A stretch of 64,000 bases of DNA from Verrucomicrobiota bacterium (GCA_041168485.1 JBEEKW010000008.1:563-64562); one strand, 5' to 3'; counted from the first letter of the stretch, positions 1-9,723 are shown. Program-made: numbers and translations. Notes: generated by a model from the sequence alone, not told the origin.

Positions 1-2924
1 GCGATGCGACGGAAGGCCTCGATGCGCAGGCGGGTCTCTGGAATCCAGTCGGAGGGCAGGGTTGCGGTCAGTAAGGGGACTTCGCCGCCGCTGCTGTTCG
101 TCTGTTCGGTACCCAGCGCGGCCTGGGTATGGTCGATGAAGTCTAGTTGCACTTCACAACGGTCGATAACGGCGCCTTTGTCACCGCGCAGTTTGGCCAC
201 GCTTCGGCGCAGGAGCTGGCAGTAGAGGTCGAAGCCGACGGTGGCGACGTGGCCGCTCTGCGCCGCGCCAAGGATGTTGCCGGCGCCCCGCAGCTCGAGG
301 TCGCGCATGGCGATCCGGAAACCGGCGCCGAGTTGGTTATGTTGCCGGATGGCGGACAGGCGGCGATGCGCCGTACCGACGAGCGCGGCGTGGCGATGCA
401 GGAACAGGTAGGCGTAGGCCTGACGATTGAAGCGGCCGACGCGACCACGCAGCTGGTAGAGCTGCGCGAGGCCGAACCGATCGGCGCCCTCGATGATCAG
501 GGTGTTGCAGTTCGGGATGTCGAGGCCGGTCTCGATGATGGTCGTACACACGAGCATGTCGTACTCGCCGGCGACAAACGCCGACATGACTTCCTCGAGC
601 TGTCCAGCGGGCATCTGGCCATGGCCAACTATGATGCGTGCCTTGGGGAGCAACGCGGCGAGGCGTTCGGCGACGGCCTGGATAGTCTCGACGCGATTGT
701 GTAAGTAGAAGACCTGGCCGCCCCGGGCGAGCTCGGCCTTCACGGCGTCGCGTACGAGCTTCTCGTCGTAGCTGCGCACGATGGTACGGATGGGCAGGCG
801 CTCGCGCGGCGGAGTCTCGATGACGCTGAGGTCGCGCGCACCGACGAGCGCGAGGTAGAGCGTACGCGGGATGGGTGTGGCGCTCATGGCCAGGACGTCG
901 ACCTCGGTGCGCATCTGCTTGAGCCGCTCCTTGTGACGCACGCCGAAGCGGTGTTCTTCGTCGATGATCACGAGCCCGAGTTTGCCGAAGCTCGTGCCGT
1001 CGGAGAGCAGGGCGTGCGTGCCGACGACGATGTCGACCGTACCGGCCGCAGCCCGCGCCCGGACATCGGCCTTCTGCTTGGCGGTGCGGTAGCTACTGAG
1101 GAGTTCAACGGAGACTGGCCAGCGGGAGAGGCGGTCTTTGAAGCTTTCGAAGTGCTGCTGTGCAAGGACGGTCGTGGGTGCGAGGATTGCGACCTGACGT
1201 CCGCCGAGCACACACTTGAAGGCCGCACGCAAGGCTACCTCGGTCTTGCCGAAGCCGACGTCGCCGCTGATGAGTCGGTCCATCGGCGCGGGCCTTTCCA
1301 TGTCGGCCTTCACGTCGATGATTGCGCGCGTCTGGTCGGGAGTCTCACGGTGTGGGAAGGAGCGCTCGAACTCGCCCATCCATGCATTGTCCACGTCCTT
1401 GGGGTGCGTGATGCCGGGCTTGGTCGAGCGGGCGGCCTGCATAGCCAGCAGTTGTGCAGCGAGGTCGGCGGTCGCTTTCTCCGCGGCCTTGCGCGATTTC
1501 TCCCAGCCACCCCCACCAAGTTTGGAGAGTTTCGGATGCGCCCGACCGATGCCGATGTAGCGCGTGAGGAGATGCGACTCCCGCACGGGGAGGTGCAGCA
1601 TCGACTTCTCCGCGAACTCGAGTCCGACGAAATCCTCGGTACGTCCGTTATGCTCGTGGGCCTTGATGCCCCGGAAGAGGCAGACGCCCTGCGTCACGTG
1701 CACCAGGGCGTCGCCATCGGCGAGTTCACCGAAGTCGAGCGCACGGCCGACGGCGGCGCGGATTGCGGTGCGCCGACGAGGCAGAACGGCGAGTGGGCGC
1801 TTGCGTCGGCCGAAGAGCTCGCGCTCCGTGAGTAGGAGTAGGCCACCCTTTAGAAGTCCGGGTAATTTACCGGGCGCGATGACTACGCCGCCGCCGAAAC
1901 GGCCGTGGATGACGCGTGGCGCGAAGCCACGGATTTTTGCACCAGCGACGTCGGCGTTAAGGCGGTCGACGGAGCCGTCGGTGTCGCCCGTGAGCAGGCA
2001 AGGGCGCCCGTCCTTTGCCAGTGAGGCGGCGGCGCGGAGCAGGGCGGGTCGCGTCTCAGCGCTATCGGTGGCCGATCCGATGAGCAGGGATTCGGCGGGC
2101 GTGGATTCGAGAGCGTGGGCGTGATAGCCAAGCGGAGCGTCATCGGTCTCTTCGAGGACGAGTTCGTCGACCTTGGCTGAAGCCAGCTCGGCGCAAAGCA
2201 CATCTTCGTGGCAACGGTCGACCGAAACGATGAGCGCATCGGGCGGCAGGTGGCGAAAGAATGGCGCTTCGAGTGCTGATCCGGAATCATCGCGCGGGGC
2301 ACAGATGACGAGTCCGTCGACTTCGCCTTCGCTGCGTTGGGTCGCCGGATCGAAGGGGCGGAGCGACTCGACCGTGTCGCCGAAGAGGTCGATGCGCACG
2401 GGCATCTGCGCGTTCAGTGGGTAGACGTCGAGGATGCCGCCGCGGAGGGCGTATTCGCCCGGCTGTTCACAGAGTGCCTCGTGGGCATAGCCAAAATCTT
2501 CGGCGAGGCGCTTGGCGAAATCCTGCAGGGCGAGCTTCTCGCCCTTGCGGACGATGATCTCGGCCTTGGCGGTGGCTTCGGGGGCCGGCGAGCGACGGGT
2601 CAGTGAGCCGGGCGTGCAGGCGATGAGGAGCGGACGCTTCGCGTCGTGGTTACCATGGCGTAGCAGCGAGAGGACGCCGAGGAGATCGCAGTCGGCCTCG
2701 AAGGCTGGCACGGCGGCATCGGCTTCGGTCAGCGTCCGGGCGACAGGCTGGGCGGCGTTGAGTAACGTCAGGAGTTGAGCGGTCTCTTCGGCGAAGGTCT
2801 CCGCCGCGCCGAGGTTCGAGGCGAGGAAGACGATCACGCGGCGCTCGGCGCCTTCCGAGCAGGCGCAGGCCGCCCAAGCGTGCGCGGGCACGCCGGTCAG
2901 GGCACGGCGTGGCTGGGGGGACAT
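1..2924 (-). CDS. mfd: Transcription-repair coupling factor Mfd (C-terminus runs off left edge)
   Basis: Own reverse-strand translation from ATG at 2924. N-terminal UvrB-homology segment QPGEYALRGGILDVYPLNAQMPVRIDLFGDTVESLRPFDPATQRS. Helicase motifs PMDRLISGDVGFGKTEVALRAA (about 1200-1290) and LVIIDEEHRFGVRHKERLKQM (about 905-975) are in frame with 2924. Absent from the ORF track, probably because it has no stop in the window. Confidence 0.9.
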   Translation of the reverse strand, partial: MSPQPRRALTGVPAHAWAACACSEGAERRVIVFLASNLGAAETFAEETAQLLTLLNAAQPVARTLTEADAAVPAFEADCDLLGVLSLLRHGNHDAKRPLLIACTPGSLTRRSPAPEATAKAEIIVRKGEKLALQDFAKRLAEDFGYAHEALCEQPGEYALRGGILDVYPLNAQMPVRIDLFGDTVESLRPFDPATQRSEGEVDGLVICAPRDDSGSALEAPFFRHLPPDALIVSVDRCHEDVLCAELASAKVDELVLEETDDAPLGYHAHALESTPAESLLIGSATDSAETRPALLRAAASLAKDGRPCLLTGDTDGSVDRLNADVAGAKIRGFAPRVIHGRFGGGVVIAPGKLPGLLKGGLLLLTERELFGRRKRPLAVLPRRRTAIRAAVGRALDFGELADGDALVHVTQGVCLFRGIKAHEHNGRTEDFVGLEFAEKSMLHLPVRESHLLTRYIGIGRAHPKLSKLGGGGWEKSRKAAEKATADLAAQLLAMQAARSTKPGITHPKDVDNAWMGEFERSFPHRETPDQTRAIIDVKADMERPAPMDRLISGDVGFGKTEVALRAAFKCVLGGRQVAILAPTTVLAQQHFESFKDRLSRWPVSVELLSSYRTAKQKADVRARAAAGTVDIVVGTHALLSDGTSFGKLGLVIIDEEHRFGVRHKERLKQMRTEVDVLAMSATPIPRTLYLALVGARDLSVIETPPRERLPIRTIVRSYDEKLVRDAVKAELARGGQVFYLHNRVETIQAVAERLAALLPKARIIVGHGQMPAGQLEEVMSAFVAGEYDMLVCTTIIETGLDIPNCNTLIIEGADRFGLAQLYQLRGRVGRFNRQAYAYLFLHRHAALVGTAHRRLSAIRQHNQLGAGFRIAMRDLELRGAGNILGAAQSGHVATVGFDLYCQLLRRSVAKLRGDKGAVIDRCEVQLDFIDHTQAALGTEQTNSSGGEVPLLTATLPSDWIPETRLRIEAFRRI

Positions 2925-2968
2925 GACGCTATCGAGGGGGTAAGCCACGATGCGTCAAACCCAACCCC

Positions 2969-3262
2969 TCAGTTCAGGACCTCTTCAGCGATTTCGTCCC
3001 AGAGCTCGTCGCTCTGGGATGGCTTCTTCACTGGGCGACCGGCTTCGACGAACCAGTAGCGGGCGTTACCGAGGTCGCCTTCGATCAGGTGAAGCAGGGC
3101 GTGCAGCCATGATCCGATGGGCGTCTCGATATCTTGGGCGATATTGTGCGCCGCCTCCCAGTCGCCCTTCTTGATGAACCACAGTGACTGCGCTTCGCGC
3201 GAAAGCCCTACTGTTGGCTGCGGGTCGGTCTGAGCGGAGGCCTTCAGTTGCGCTGGGGTCAT
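2969..3262 (-). CDS. Small hypothetical protein (97 aa)
   Basis: Track ORF with GC3-rich codon usage. It is packed tightly between the Sel1-repeat gene and mfd on the same strand. No family recognised by eye. Confidence 0.5.
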   Translation of the reverse strand: MTPAQLKASAQTDPQPTVGLSREAQSLWFIKKGDWEAAHNIAQDIETPIGSWLHALLHLIEGDLGNARYWFVEAGRPVKKPSQSDELWDEIAEEVLN

Positions 3263-3265
3263 CGC

Positions 3266-4216
3266 TCAGCGGGAGGTATGGAGGCGTGAAAGGGCGTCGG
3301 CCGCTTCGGAGGGGAGTTCCTTGAGGATCTTGGCGGCGGCGGTCTGTCCGCTCTGGACCTCGGGCAGACGCATGGTGTGTTCCAGTTGGTCGAGGGCTGC
3401 GGTGTCCGTCGCCAGGCCGGTCAGCTGCGTCAGCACGAGCCGCCACGCATAGGCTTGCGCCAGGTCGCGCGGGGCCTTCTGGCCTTCCTCCAGCCGTACG
3501 GCCAGGCGACTGATCGCGACAAGGTCACGGCGCATGGCTGCGCGTCGGAGAAATTCCGTGCCGAGTTCGTAGTTGCGCGGCATGCCCGGTACGCCTTCGT
3601 CATGGCCTTCAGCAAGTAGTCGCAGCGAGACTCGGTCGCCGGCGTCCGCGCCTCGCTGGTAGTGGGCGTAGGCCTCCTTCATTCCTTTCTCATAGTCGGC
3701 CTGCTTTATCTTGTCCACAGGCGCACCGTCCTTGCCCCGGTTGGCGAGGGCTTCTTCTTTCGTGACATCGCCGAGCACGCGAAATCCCATGGGTTGGCTT
3801 TTCTTGACGGCCTTGTTCGCCCAGTCCCTAGCCTTTGCCAGGTCTTTGGCCACGCCGTTACCCTTGTAGTAATAGAATGCGACCACGGCCATAGCTCGCG
3901 AGTGTCCCTTTTCCGCGGCCTGCTGGGTCCAGCGGAAGGCGACGTCTTTGTCCTCCGGGAGTCGTAGTTCGACAGGCGCGTAAGAGGTATGGCGCAAGGC
4001 GTAGACATACTGCGCCTGGACGTTGCCAGTCTCAGCGAGCTTGAGTAGCTCGGCTTTCTCGACCTTTGGATCGACGGCGTCGACATAACGATCGTATAGC
4101 TCGCGAGGCAGGCCGACCACCGGCACCTCCCACTGGTTGGAAAGGTCGACCGTCAAAATCACGGCGAGTGCGCTCCCGAAGAGGGTGGGGCGGAGCCAGA
4201 CGAGGTTGCGTCGCAT
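3266..4216 (-). CDS. Sel1-like repeat (TPR-family) protein with N-terminal membrane anchor
   Basis: Sel1-type repeats, e.g. AEKGHSRAMAVVAFYYYKGNGVAKDLAKARDWANKA and AYAHYQRGADAGDRVSLRLLAEGH. I prefer internal start M36 (MRRNLVWLRPTLFGSALAVILTV, cat at 4214-4216). The track start 4321 would leave only 10 bp to the divergent gene. Confidence 0.7.
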   Translation of the reverse strand: MRRNLVWLRPTLFGSALAVILTVDLSNQWEVPVVGLPRELYDRYVDAVDPKVEKAELLKLAETGNVQAQYVYALRHTSYAPVELRLPEDKDVAFRWTQQAAEKGHSRAMAVVAFYYYKGNGVAKDLAKARDWANKAVKKSQPMGFRVLGDVTKEEALANRGKDGAPVDKIKQADYEKGMKEAYAHYQRGADAGDRVSLRLLAEGHDEGVPGMPRNYELGTEFLRRAAMRRDLVAISRLAVRLEEGQKAPRDLAQAYAWRLVLTQLTGLATDTAALDQLEHTMRLPEVQSGQTAAAKILKELPSEAADALSRLHTSR

Positions 4217-4331
4217 GGCCTTATCCAAGACGAGGCCCGACCCGAGGCAAGGGACTAAGAGCATGTCATTAGGCACGGCCCTTGGCGGGCTTGCCTGAAG
4301 CCTTTTATAGGTTAGCTTCACTCTACTTCCT

Positions 4332-5375
4332 ATGCGTCTGCTTGCCTTGTTCTGCTTTACCTCGCTCCTCGCCCAGCAGCAGCCCGTCGTTCTCGGCCAT
4401 GGGCCGGCTCGTTACGCCCTCGACCTAGGTTGGGCCAAGGCTGACCCGATGGTTGCCCCGGTGGTCAATTCGCACGCACTCGCCGAGGACAAGGCCGGCC
4501 GCATCTATCTCGTCACCGACCACCCGAAGAACGACTTCATCGTCTTCGAGAAGGATGGACGATATGTCCGGTCAATCAGCGCTGGCCTGGGTGGCGGCCA
4601 CGGCCTGGAGATTTTCGAGAAAGACGGCGTGGAGTATCTCGTGCACGTCGACTCCGGCTGGCACATGGCCGCCGAGGGCTGGAATCCTTCCGCGGTCGAA
4701 GGTCGGATCACGCTGCTGACGACCGAGGGCAAGGTCGTCAGTAAGTTCCCGACGCCGAAGGAGCTCGGCCTGAGCGACGGCAAGTTCATGCCGTGCGATG
4801 TCGCTTGGACGCCGGCGGGCACGTTGCTTGTCGCCGACGGCTACGGCTCGAATTTAATCTATGAGTTCTCGCTCGAGGGTAAGCTGATCAAGAAGTGGGG
4901 AGGGCCAACGAAAGACGCGGCCAATCTCAGTAACGCGCACGGTATCTCGATCGATGCCGCGGATCCGCGCGGCCCGCTGGTCTGGGTGCCCTCCCGCGGC
5001 CAGAACCAGGTCAAGGCGTTTACTTTGGACGGTAAGCATGTCGACACCCTTGATCTACCCGGCGCTTTCGCCGGCCAGCTATTTTTCCGCGGCGACAAGA
5101 TCTACACCGCCGTCTGCTGGAGCAAAGACGCGAACGGCAAGCGCCTCGCGCAGTCGGGCTTCCTGCTCGTCCTGGATCGCGCTACAAAGAAGGTCCTCAG
5201 TGCGCCCGGTGGCAATGAGCCCAAATATGTCGACGGCAAGTTGCAGCCGCTCAGCCAGGCGCAGCCGATCTTCAAGCACGGCCACGACCTCTTCGTCGAC
5301 TCCGCCGGCGATATCTACCTCGGCGAATGGAACGCCGATCGTCGCTACCCGTCGAAACTGACGCTGGTCAAGTAA
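4332..5375 (+). CDS. Secreted beta-propeller protein (NHL/SGL-repeat-like)
   Basis: Signal peptide MRLLALFCFTSLLAQQ. Repeated blade-like segments: RIYLVTDHPKNDFIVFEKDG, TLLVADGYGSNLIYEFSLEGK, LVWVPSRGQNQVKAFTLDGK, DIYLGEWN. Confidence 0.7.
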   Translation: MRLLALFCFTSLLAQQQPVVLGHGPARYALDLGWAKADPMVAPVVNSHALAEDKAGRIYLVTDHPKNDFIVFEKDGRYVRSISAGLGGGHGLEIFEKDGVEYLVHVDSGWHMAAEGWNPSAVEGRITLLTTEGKVVSKFPTPKELGLSDGKFMPCDVAWTPAGTLLVADGYGSNLIYEFSLEGKLIKKWGGPTKDAANLSNAHGISIDAADPRGPLVWVPSRGQNQVKAFTLDGKHVDTLDLPGAFAGQLFFRGDKIYTAVCWSKDANGKRLAQSGFLLVLDRATKKVLSAPGGNEPKYVDGKLQPLSQAQPIFKHGHDLFVDSAGDIYLGEWNADRRYPSKLTLVK

Positions 5376-5376
5376 C

Positions 5377-6072
5377 TCAGCTGATCAGCAGCAGGCGCGG
5401 TGAGCCGGGGTGGTTCTCCGGCGCACGATGGATGCAGGGCGGCACGGGGCTGCTGGGCCAGCGGGTAGCGATACGCCAGAGCGCGAAGGTGCCGAAGGGA
5501 TAGGGCGTCGCACCAGGCTTGGGGTTGTAATGCGAGTCGTAGCTATGTTCGTGGAGGAACTCGGCGAACCCTGCGTCGTCCCCGCTGCCGTATTCTTTGA
5601 GCAGCTGTGCGCGGATCTCAGGAATCTCGACCTTGAGCAGGGCATCCTCATTACGGAGGCCTTCGCTGCTGGCTCCGTGGTAGGTGCAGAGCCACGTGTC
5701 GACCTCGACAGGCGCGCTGTCGACATGGAACGACATCACATCCGTTGGTACGGTGCCGGCGTCGGGTCCGCGCACACAGTCGTAGACGCAATTGAGTGAC
5801 GGAGCCAGGTCGTGGTCGCGCAGGAGTTGCTGGTCCGCTAGCATCACTTCAGCAGCGAGCCGGCCTGCCGGGCTAAGGTCGAGCGAGCGAATGCGTTCGT
5901 CGTCGAGCGGCACGATGCCTTCGCCGGGCCCAAGCTTCGCGATGACCTCGGCGTAGTCGCCGGGTAGCGTGCGTTCCCAACAGAGCGCGTTGACGCCGTC
6001 GGCGAAGCGCGTGGACCTGAGTTCTTCGAAACTCCGGACTTGGCGAACACGCGGCTGGCCGGCCGCGCTCAC
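5377..6072 (-). CDS. Conserved hypothetical protein, possible cupin/2OG-oxygenase-like fold (HxD...H pattern)
   Basis: Only the C-terminal two-thirds of track ORF 5377..6468 looks protein-like; the rest overlaps parA. An in-frame GTG at 6070-6072 overlaps the parA stop (GTGA). Motifs SFHVDSAP and CIHRAPE are present. Family not assignable by eye. Confidence 0.6.
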   Translation of the reverse strand: MSAAGQPRVRQVRSFEELRSTRFADGVNALCWERTLPGDYAEVIAKLGPGEGIVPLDDERIRSLDLSPAGRLAAEVMLADQQLLRDHDLAPSLNCVYDCVRGPDAGTVPTDVMSFHVDSAPVEVDTWLCTYHGASSEGLRNEDALLKVEIPEIRAQLLKEYGSGDDAGFAEFLHEHSYDSHYNPKPGATPYPFGTFALWRIATRWPSSPVPPCIHRAPENHPGSPRLLLIS

Positions 6073-6845
6073 TTCAGGGCGAAGCGCTTGGCGAACTCCT
6101 TGGCGAGTGCGTCGTAAGCGACGGAGCCCGGGGAGTGGATGTCGTATTGGAAGATTGTCTGGCCGTGGCTCGGGCACTCCGACAGGCGAATCGTGCGCGG
6201 AATCATGGAGTCCATCACGAGGGCGGAGAAGTGGGTCTTCACTTCCTCGACGACCTGACGGGAGAGCTTCGTCCGCACGTCGTACATCGTCATCACGATC
6301 GCGCCGACGGTGAGCTTGTCGGTCGCGCCGGCGGCCTTGAGCTGATCGACCACGCCGAGGATCTGGCCGAGGCCTTCCATGGCGAGGTATTCGGTCTGCA
6401 GGGTGACGATGAGGTGGTCCGACGCGCCGAGCGCGTTCATCGAGAGCATGCCGAGGGCCGGCGGGCAATCGATGAGGATGACCTTATATTTCCCAGAGGC
6501 GATGATGGGCGCGAGAGCTTCGCGGAGGCGGCCGAGGTAGTTCTCAGCCTGGGCGAGTTCGGATTCCACGGCGGCGAGGTCGACTTCCGACGGGATGAGG
6601 TCGAGCTTGTCGGTCGAGGTCGCGACGATCATGTCGGCGGCCTTGGCTTCGCCGTGCAGGACCTTGTAGAGGGATTTGCCTTCCGTCTTCTCGATGCCGA
6701 GCGCGCTGGTCGCGTTGGCCTGGGCGTCGAGGTCGACTATGAGGGTCGTAATGCCGAGGCGCGCGAGGCCGGCGCCGAGGTTCACAGTGGTGGTCGTCTT
6801 GCCGACGCCGCCCTTTTGGTTCGCGATGGAAAAGACCTTGGCCAC
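6069..6845 (-). CDS. parA: ParA/Soj-family P-loop ATPase
   Basis: Deviant Walker A NQKGGVGKTTTTVNLG. Soj-like length (258 aa) and LIDCPPALG motif. GTG start directly abuts the fabV stop (TAAGTG). Confidence 0.9.
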   Translation of the reverse strand: MAKVFSIANQKGGVGKTTTTVNLGAGLARLGITTLIVDLDAQANATSALGIEKTEGKSLYKVLHGEAKAADMIVATSTDKLDLIPSEVDLAAVESELAQAENYLGRLREALAPIIASGKYKVILIDCPPALGMLSMNALGASDHLIVTLQTEYLAMEGLGQILGVVDQLKAAGATDKLTVGAIVMTMYDVRTKLSRQVVEEVKTHFSALVMDSMIPRTIRLSECPSHGQTIFQYDIHSPGSVAYDALAKEFAKRFALK

Positions 6846-8048
6846 TTAGGCGTCCTCGATGGGGCGTTCGACTTCGGTCGGAGCTTCGTAATCGATACCG
6901 GCGAGGCCGAAACCGAAGTTCTTCATGAAGTCGGTCTGGTAGCCGGCGAAGTCGGCGTGCGCATCGAAGGTCTCGGTCGTGACGTGCGGCCAGGCTTCGA
7001 AGACGGCCTTCTGGACGTCGGGCGCCATTTCCAGATCATCGATACGGACGCGGCCGTTCTCGTCGAAGTCGAGGGCGTTTCCATTGTACATCTGCTTCTC
7101 GAACAGGCGCTGGATCTGCTCGATGCAGCCTTCGTGCGTGCCCTTGGCCTTCATGATTTTAAACAGCAGAGAAACGTAGAGGGGGACGACGGGGATGGCG
7201 GAGCTGGCCTGCGTGACGACGGCCTTGTTGACCGAGACGAAAGCGCGGCCGCGGTGGAGCTTCATCAAGTCGTCGATCTTACGACCGGCGCGCTCGAGGT
7301 CTTCCTTCGCCTTGCCGATGGTTCCGTCCTTGTAGATCGGCCAAGTCACCTGCGGTCCGATGTAGGAGTAGGCGACCGTCTGGCAGCCTTCCTTTAGGAC
7401 GCCGGCGCCGTCGAGGGCGTTCATCCAGATTTCCCAGTCTTCGCCGCCCATGACCTTGACCGTCTGCGCGATATCGTCGGCCGATGCTGTCTCGAGGGTG
7501 ACGTCGTTCACGACTTTCTTGTCGGTGTCGAGGTTCTTGGCGTGGAAAGGAGCGCCGGTCGGTTTGAGGACGGACTTGTAGGTCACGCCGTCCGGGGCGG
7601 TGCGGCGAGGGGAGGCGAGGGAGTAGACGACGAGGTCGATCTTGCCGCCGGGCATCTTGGCTTTGATTGCTTCGATGACCTGCGTCTTCATTTCGGCTGA
7701 GAAAGCATCGCCGTTGATCGAGACCGCCTTGAGGCCGGCCTTCTTCGCTTCGGCGTGGAAGCCGGTGGTATTATACCAGCCGGGCGAGCCAGGCTTATCG
7801 CCTTCGCCGTTGCGTTCGAAGAACACGCCGAGCGTCGCGGCGCCGGAACCAAAGGCGGCCGAGATACGGGAAGAGAGGCCGTAGCCCGTAGAGGCGCCAA
7901 TCACTAGGACCGACTTCGGGCCGCCCTGAATGGGCTTACGGGACTTCACATAAGCAATCTGCTCGCGGACCGCCGCGGCGCAGCCTTCGGGGTGGGAGGT
8001 GATGCAGATGAACCCGCGGACGCGAGGCTTCAGGACTTGCTGGGACAT
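6846..8048 (-). CDS. fabV: Enoyl-[acyl-carrier-protein] reductase FabV (trans-2-enoyl-CoA reductase family)
   Basis: N-terminus KPRVRGFICITSHPEGC and VLVIGASTGYGLSSRI are hallmarks of FabV/TER. 400 aa. Confidence 0.9.
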   Translation of the reverse strand: MSQQVLKPRVRGFICITSHPEGCAAAVREQIAYVKSRKPIQGGPKSVLVIGASTGYGLSSRISAAFGSGAATLGVFFERNGEGDKPGSPGWYNTTGFHAEAKKAGLKAVSINGDAFSAEMKTQVIEAIKAKMPGGKIDLVVYSLASPRRTAPDGVTYKSVLKPTGAPFHAKNLDTDKKVVNDVTLETASADDIAQTVKVMGGEDWEIWMNALDGAGVLKEGCQTVAYSYIGPQVTWPIYKDGTIGKAKEDLERAGRKIDDLMKLHRGRAFVSVNKAVVTQASSAIPVVPLYVSLLFKIMKAKGTHEGCIEQIQRLFEKQMYNGNALDFDENGRVRIDDLEMAPDVQKAVFEAWPHVTTETFDAHADFAGYQTDFMKNFGFGLAGIDYEAPTEVERPIEDA

Positions 8049-8191
8049 AAGGACACCTTTGGAGGGGCAGGGGATGAGTTCAATCTGGAATTGGGAGTTA
8101 AAGATAGGTGTTGGCGGTTAGCGGATGGCGGTTGGCGGCTGGCCCTGCCTTTTGCCTCGCTTGTCCCTCCCTGTTGCCGACTCTCCCGCCC

Positions 8192-9361
8192 ATGTTTAGT
8201 TCGAGACTCTCTTTCGCCGACACAACCAACGCCTTGAGCAAGGCGAAGGCGAAGCGCCTCGCCGCTGGCCAGCCGCTGCTCGACCTCTCGGATTCCAATC
8301 CAGCCAACGCCGGCTTCGCGTGGTCCGCGGCTGACCTCGGCCCGCTCCTCCGCCGCGACGGCATCCAGCGTCAGGATCCGAATCCGCTTGGCCTGGCTTC
8401 GGCCCGTACGGCGATCTCGGATTACTATTCTTCGCGCGGGGCCCGCGTGCCGGTTGACCAGCTCTTCCTGACCGCCAGCACGAGCGAGGCCTATTCCTGG
8501 ATCTTTAAGCTACTCTGCAATCCCGGCGACGAAGTGCTCGTGCCTGCGCCGTCGTATCCGTTGCTCGAAGTCATCGCCGCGCTCGAAGGCGTGACGCTGC
8601 GTCCGTATCAGCTCGTCCAGCTCGCCGGCGAATGGGTCATCGACGCCGCGACGCTGAGCGTCAATCGCCAGACCCGCGCCGTCCTCTGTATCAATCCGTC
8701 TAATCCGACCGGTGCCTTCGTGGGCCGTCGTGATCGCGACGTACTGCGTGGCTTCGCGCTGAAGCACGGCCTCGCAATCGTGTGCGACGAAGTCTTCCTC
8801 GATTATCCCGCCGAAGGTGTCGCCTCGCCGGGCACTTGGGCTGGCGAAGCCAACGTGATGACGTTCGTCCTCAGCGGTCTCTCCAAAGTCGCGCTCGCGC
8901 CGCAGCTGAAGCTCGGCTGGATTGTCGTTGCTGGCCCGGCCTCTTCGACGCTCGAAGCGTGCCGTCGCCTCGAGCATATCGCCGACGCCTTCCTGTCCGT
9001 GAATACTCCGGCCCAGCTCGCTTTGCCGGATCTCCTGCGTCGCGCCGAGCCGCTCCGCGCCCTCGTCCGTACCCGCGTCGCCCAAGGAGAGGTCGCCCTC
9101 CGCGCCTGGGCTGCTTCGACGGCTTCTGGTTGCACGGTCCTGCCGCGTCCGGCTGGTTGGACGGCCATCCTGACCTTGCCCCCCGGAGTCCATGAGGATC
9201 GCTTCTTGATGAACGCCCTCAGCGAAGGCGTCTGGGCTCACCCTGGTTATTTCTATGGGATGCCGGCCACCGTCCCGAGCGTTGTTTTGAGCCTTTTGAC
9301 CCCGCCCGATGCCCTTTCGGCCGGCCTTCAGGGTCTCGAGCGGGCTTTGAAGCGGACTTAA
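8192..9361 (+). CDS. Class I/II PLP-dependent aminotransferase
   Basis: Aminotransferase fold motifs INPSNPTGAF and LSGLSKVALAPQLKLGW (PLP lysine region). Start moved to ATG 8192 (MFSSRLSFADTTNAL), because the track N-extension looks non-coding. Confidence 0.8.
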   Translation: MFSSRLSFADTTNALSKAKAKRLAAGQPLLDLSDSNPANAGFAWSAADLGPLLRRDGIQRQDPNPLGLASARTAISDYYSSRGARVPVDQLFLTASTSEAYSWIFKLLCNPGDEVLVPAPSYPLLEVIAALEGVTLRPYQLVQLAGEWVIDAATLSVNRQTRAVLCINPSNPTGAFVGRRDRDVLRGFALKHGLAIVCDEVFLDYPAEGVASPGTWAGEANVMTFVLSGLSKVALAPQLKLGWIVVAGPASSTLEACRRLEHIADAFLSVNTPAQLALPDLLRRAEPLRALVRTRVAQGEVALRAWAASTASGCTVLPRPAGWTAILTLPPGVHEDRFLMNALSEGVWAHPGYFYGMPATVPSVVLSLLTPPDALSAGLQGLERALKRT

Positions 9362-9431
9362 GGGGTAATTACCGCTTGCCAACGGCCTCGGCACTCCTTT
9401 GCTCCGACTTTCCAAAAGGAGCCCGAACACT

Positions 9432-9662
9432 ATGTCCCGTATCTGCAGCGTCACCGGCAAGCGCCCCGTCAAAGGCCGCCGAATCATTCACCGCGGTCAG
9501 TCCAAGAAGAGCGGCGGTATCGGCTTCCAGCTCGTGAAGCAGACCAAGCGCACGTTCAAGCCGAACGTCCAGCGCATCCGCGTCGTCCAGCCTAACGGCT
9601 CGGTGAAGCGCCAGTGGGTCTCGGTCAAGGCCATCAAGGCCGGCCTTGTTACCAAGGGCTAA
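9432..9662 (+). CDS. rpmB: 50S ribosomal protein L28
   Basis: MSRICSVTGKRPVKGRRI...RTFKPNVQRIRV is the classic L28 sequence. A GGAG lies about 9 nt upstream of ATG 9432. Confidence 0.9.
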   Translation: MSRICSVTGKRPVKGRRIIHRGQSKKSGGIGFQLVKQTKRTFKPNVQRIRVVQPNGSVKRQWVSVKAIKAGLVTKG

Positions 9663-9684
9663 GCCTCGGTCTCACGACCCCAAC

Positions 9685-9714
9685 AAAAACCCGCCGTCCA
9701 ACGGCGGGTTTTTT
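9685..9714. terminator. Bidirectional rho-independent terminator (rpmB / dgkA)
   Basis: AAAAA-CCCGCCG-tccaa-CGGCGGG-TTTTTT lies between convergent genes. Confidence 0.75.
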
Positions 9715-9723
9715 GTGCCCGGA

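Noticed and set aside
147-2877. Numerous plus- and minus-strand track ORFs (e.g. 933..1835 +, 1564..2124 +, 147..704 +) overlapping the mfd region
   Set aside because: Their translations are Arg/Ala/Gly-rich with no recognisable motifs. The minus-strand frame from 2924 gives an unbroken Mfd sequence with canonical helicase motifs, so these are high-GC shadow ORFs.
5377-6468. Full 363-aa version of the track ORF
   Set aside because: The N-terminal ~130 aa (Arg/Pro-rich) overlaps parA out of frame. A GTG overlapping the parA stop gives a compact 232-aa protein that contains all the protein-like sequence.
6135-7397. 420-aa plus-strand ORF across parA/fabV
   Set aside because: It is antisense to two well-supported genes (Walker A ParA, FabV). 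Its translation is a low-information D/E/G/R/V-rich sequence typical of the complement of GC3-rich genes.
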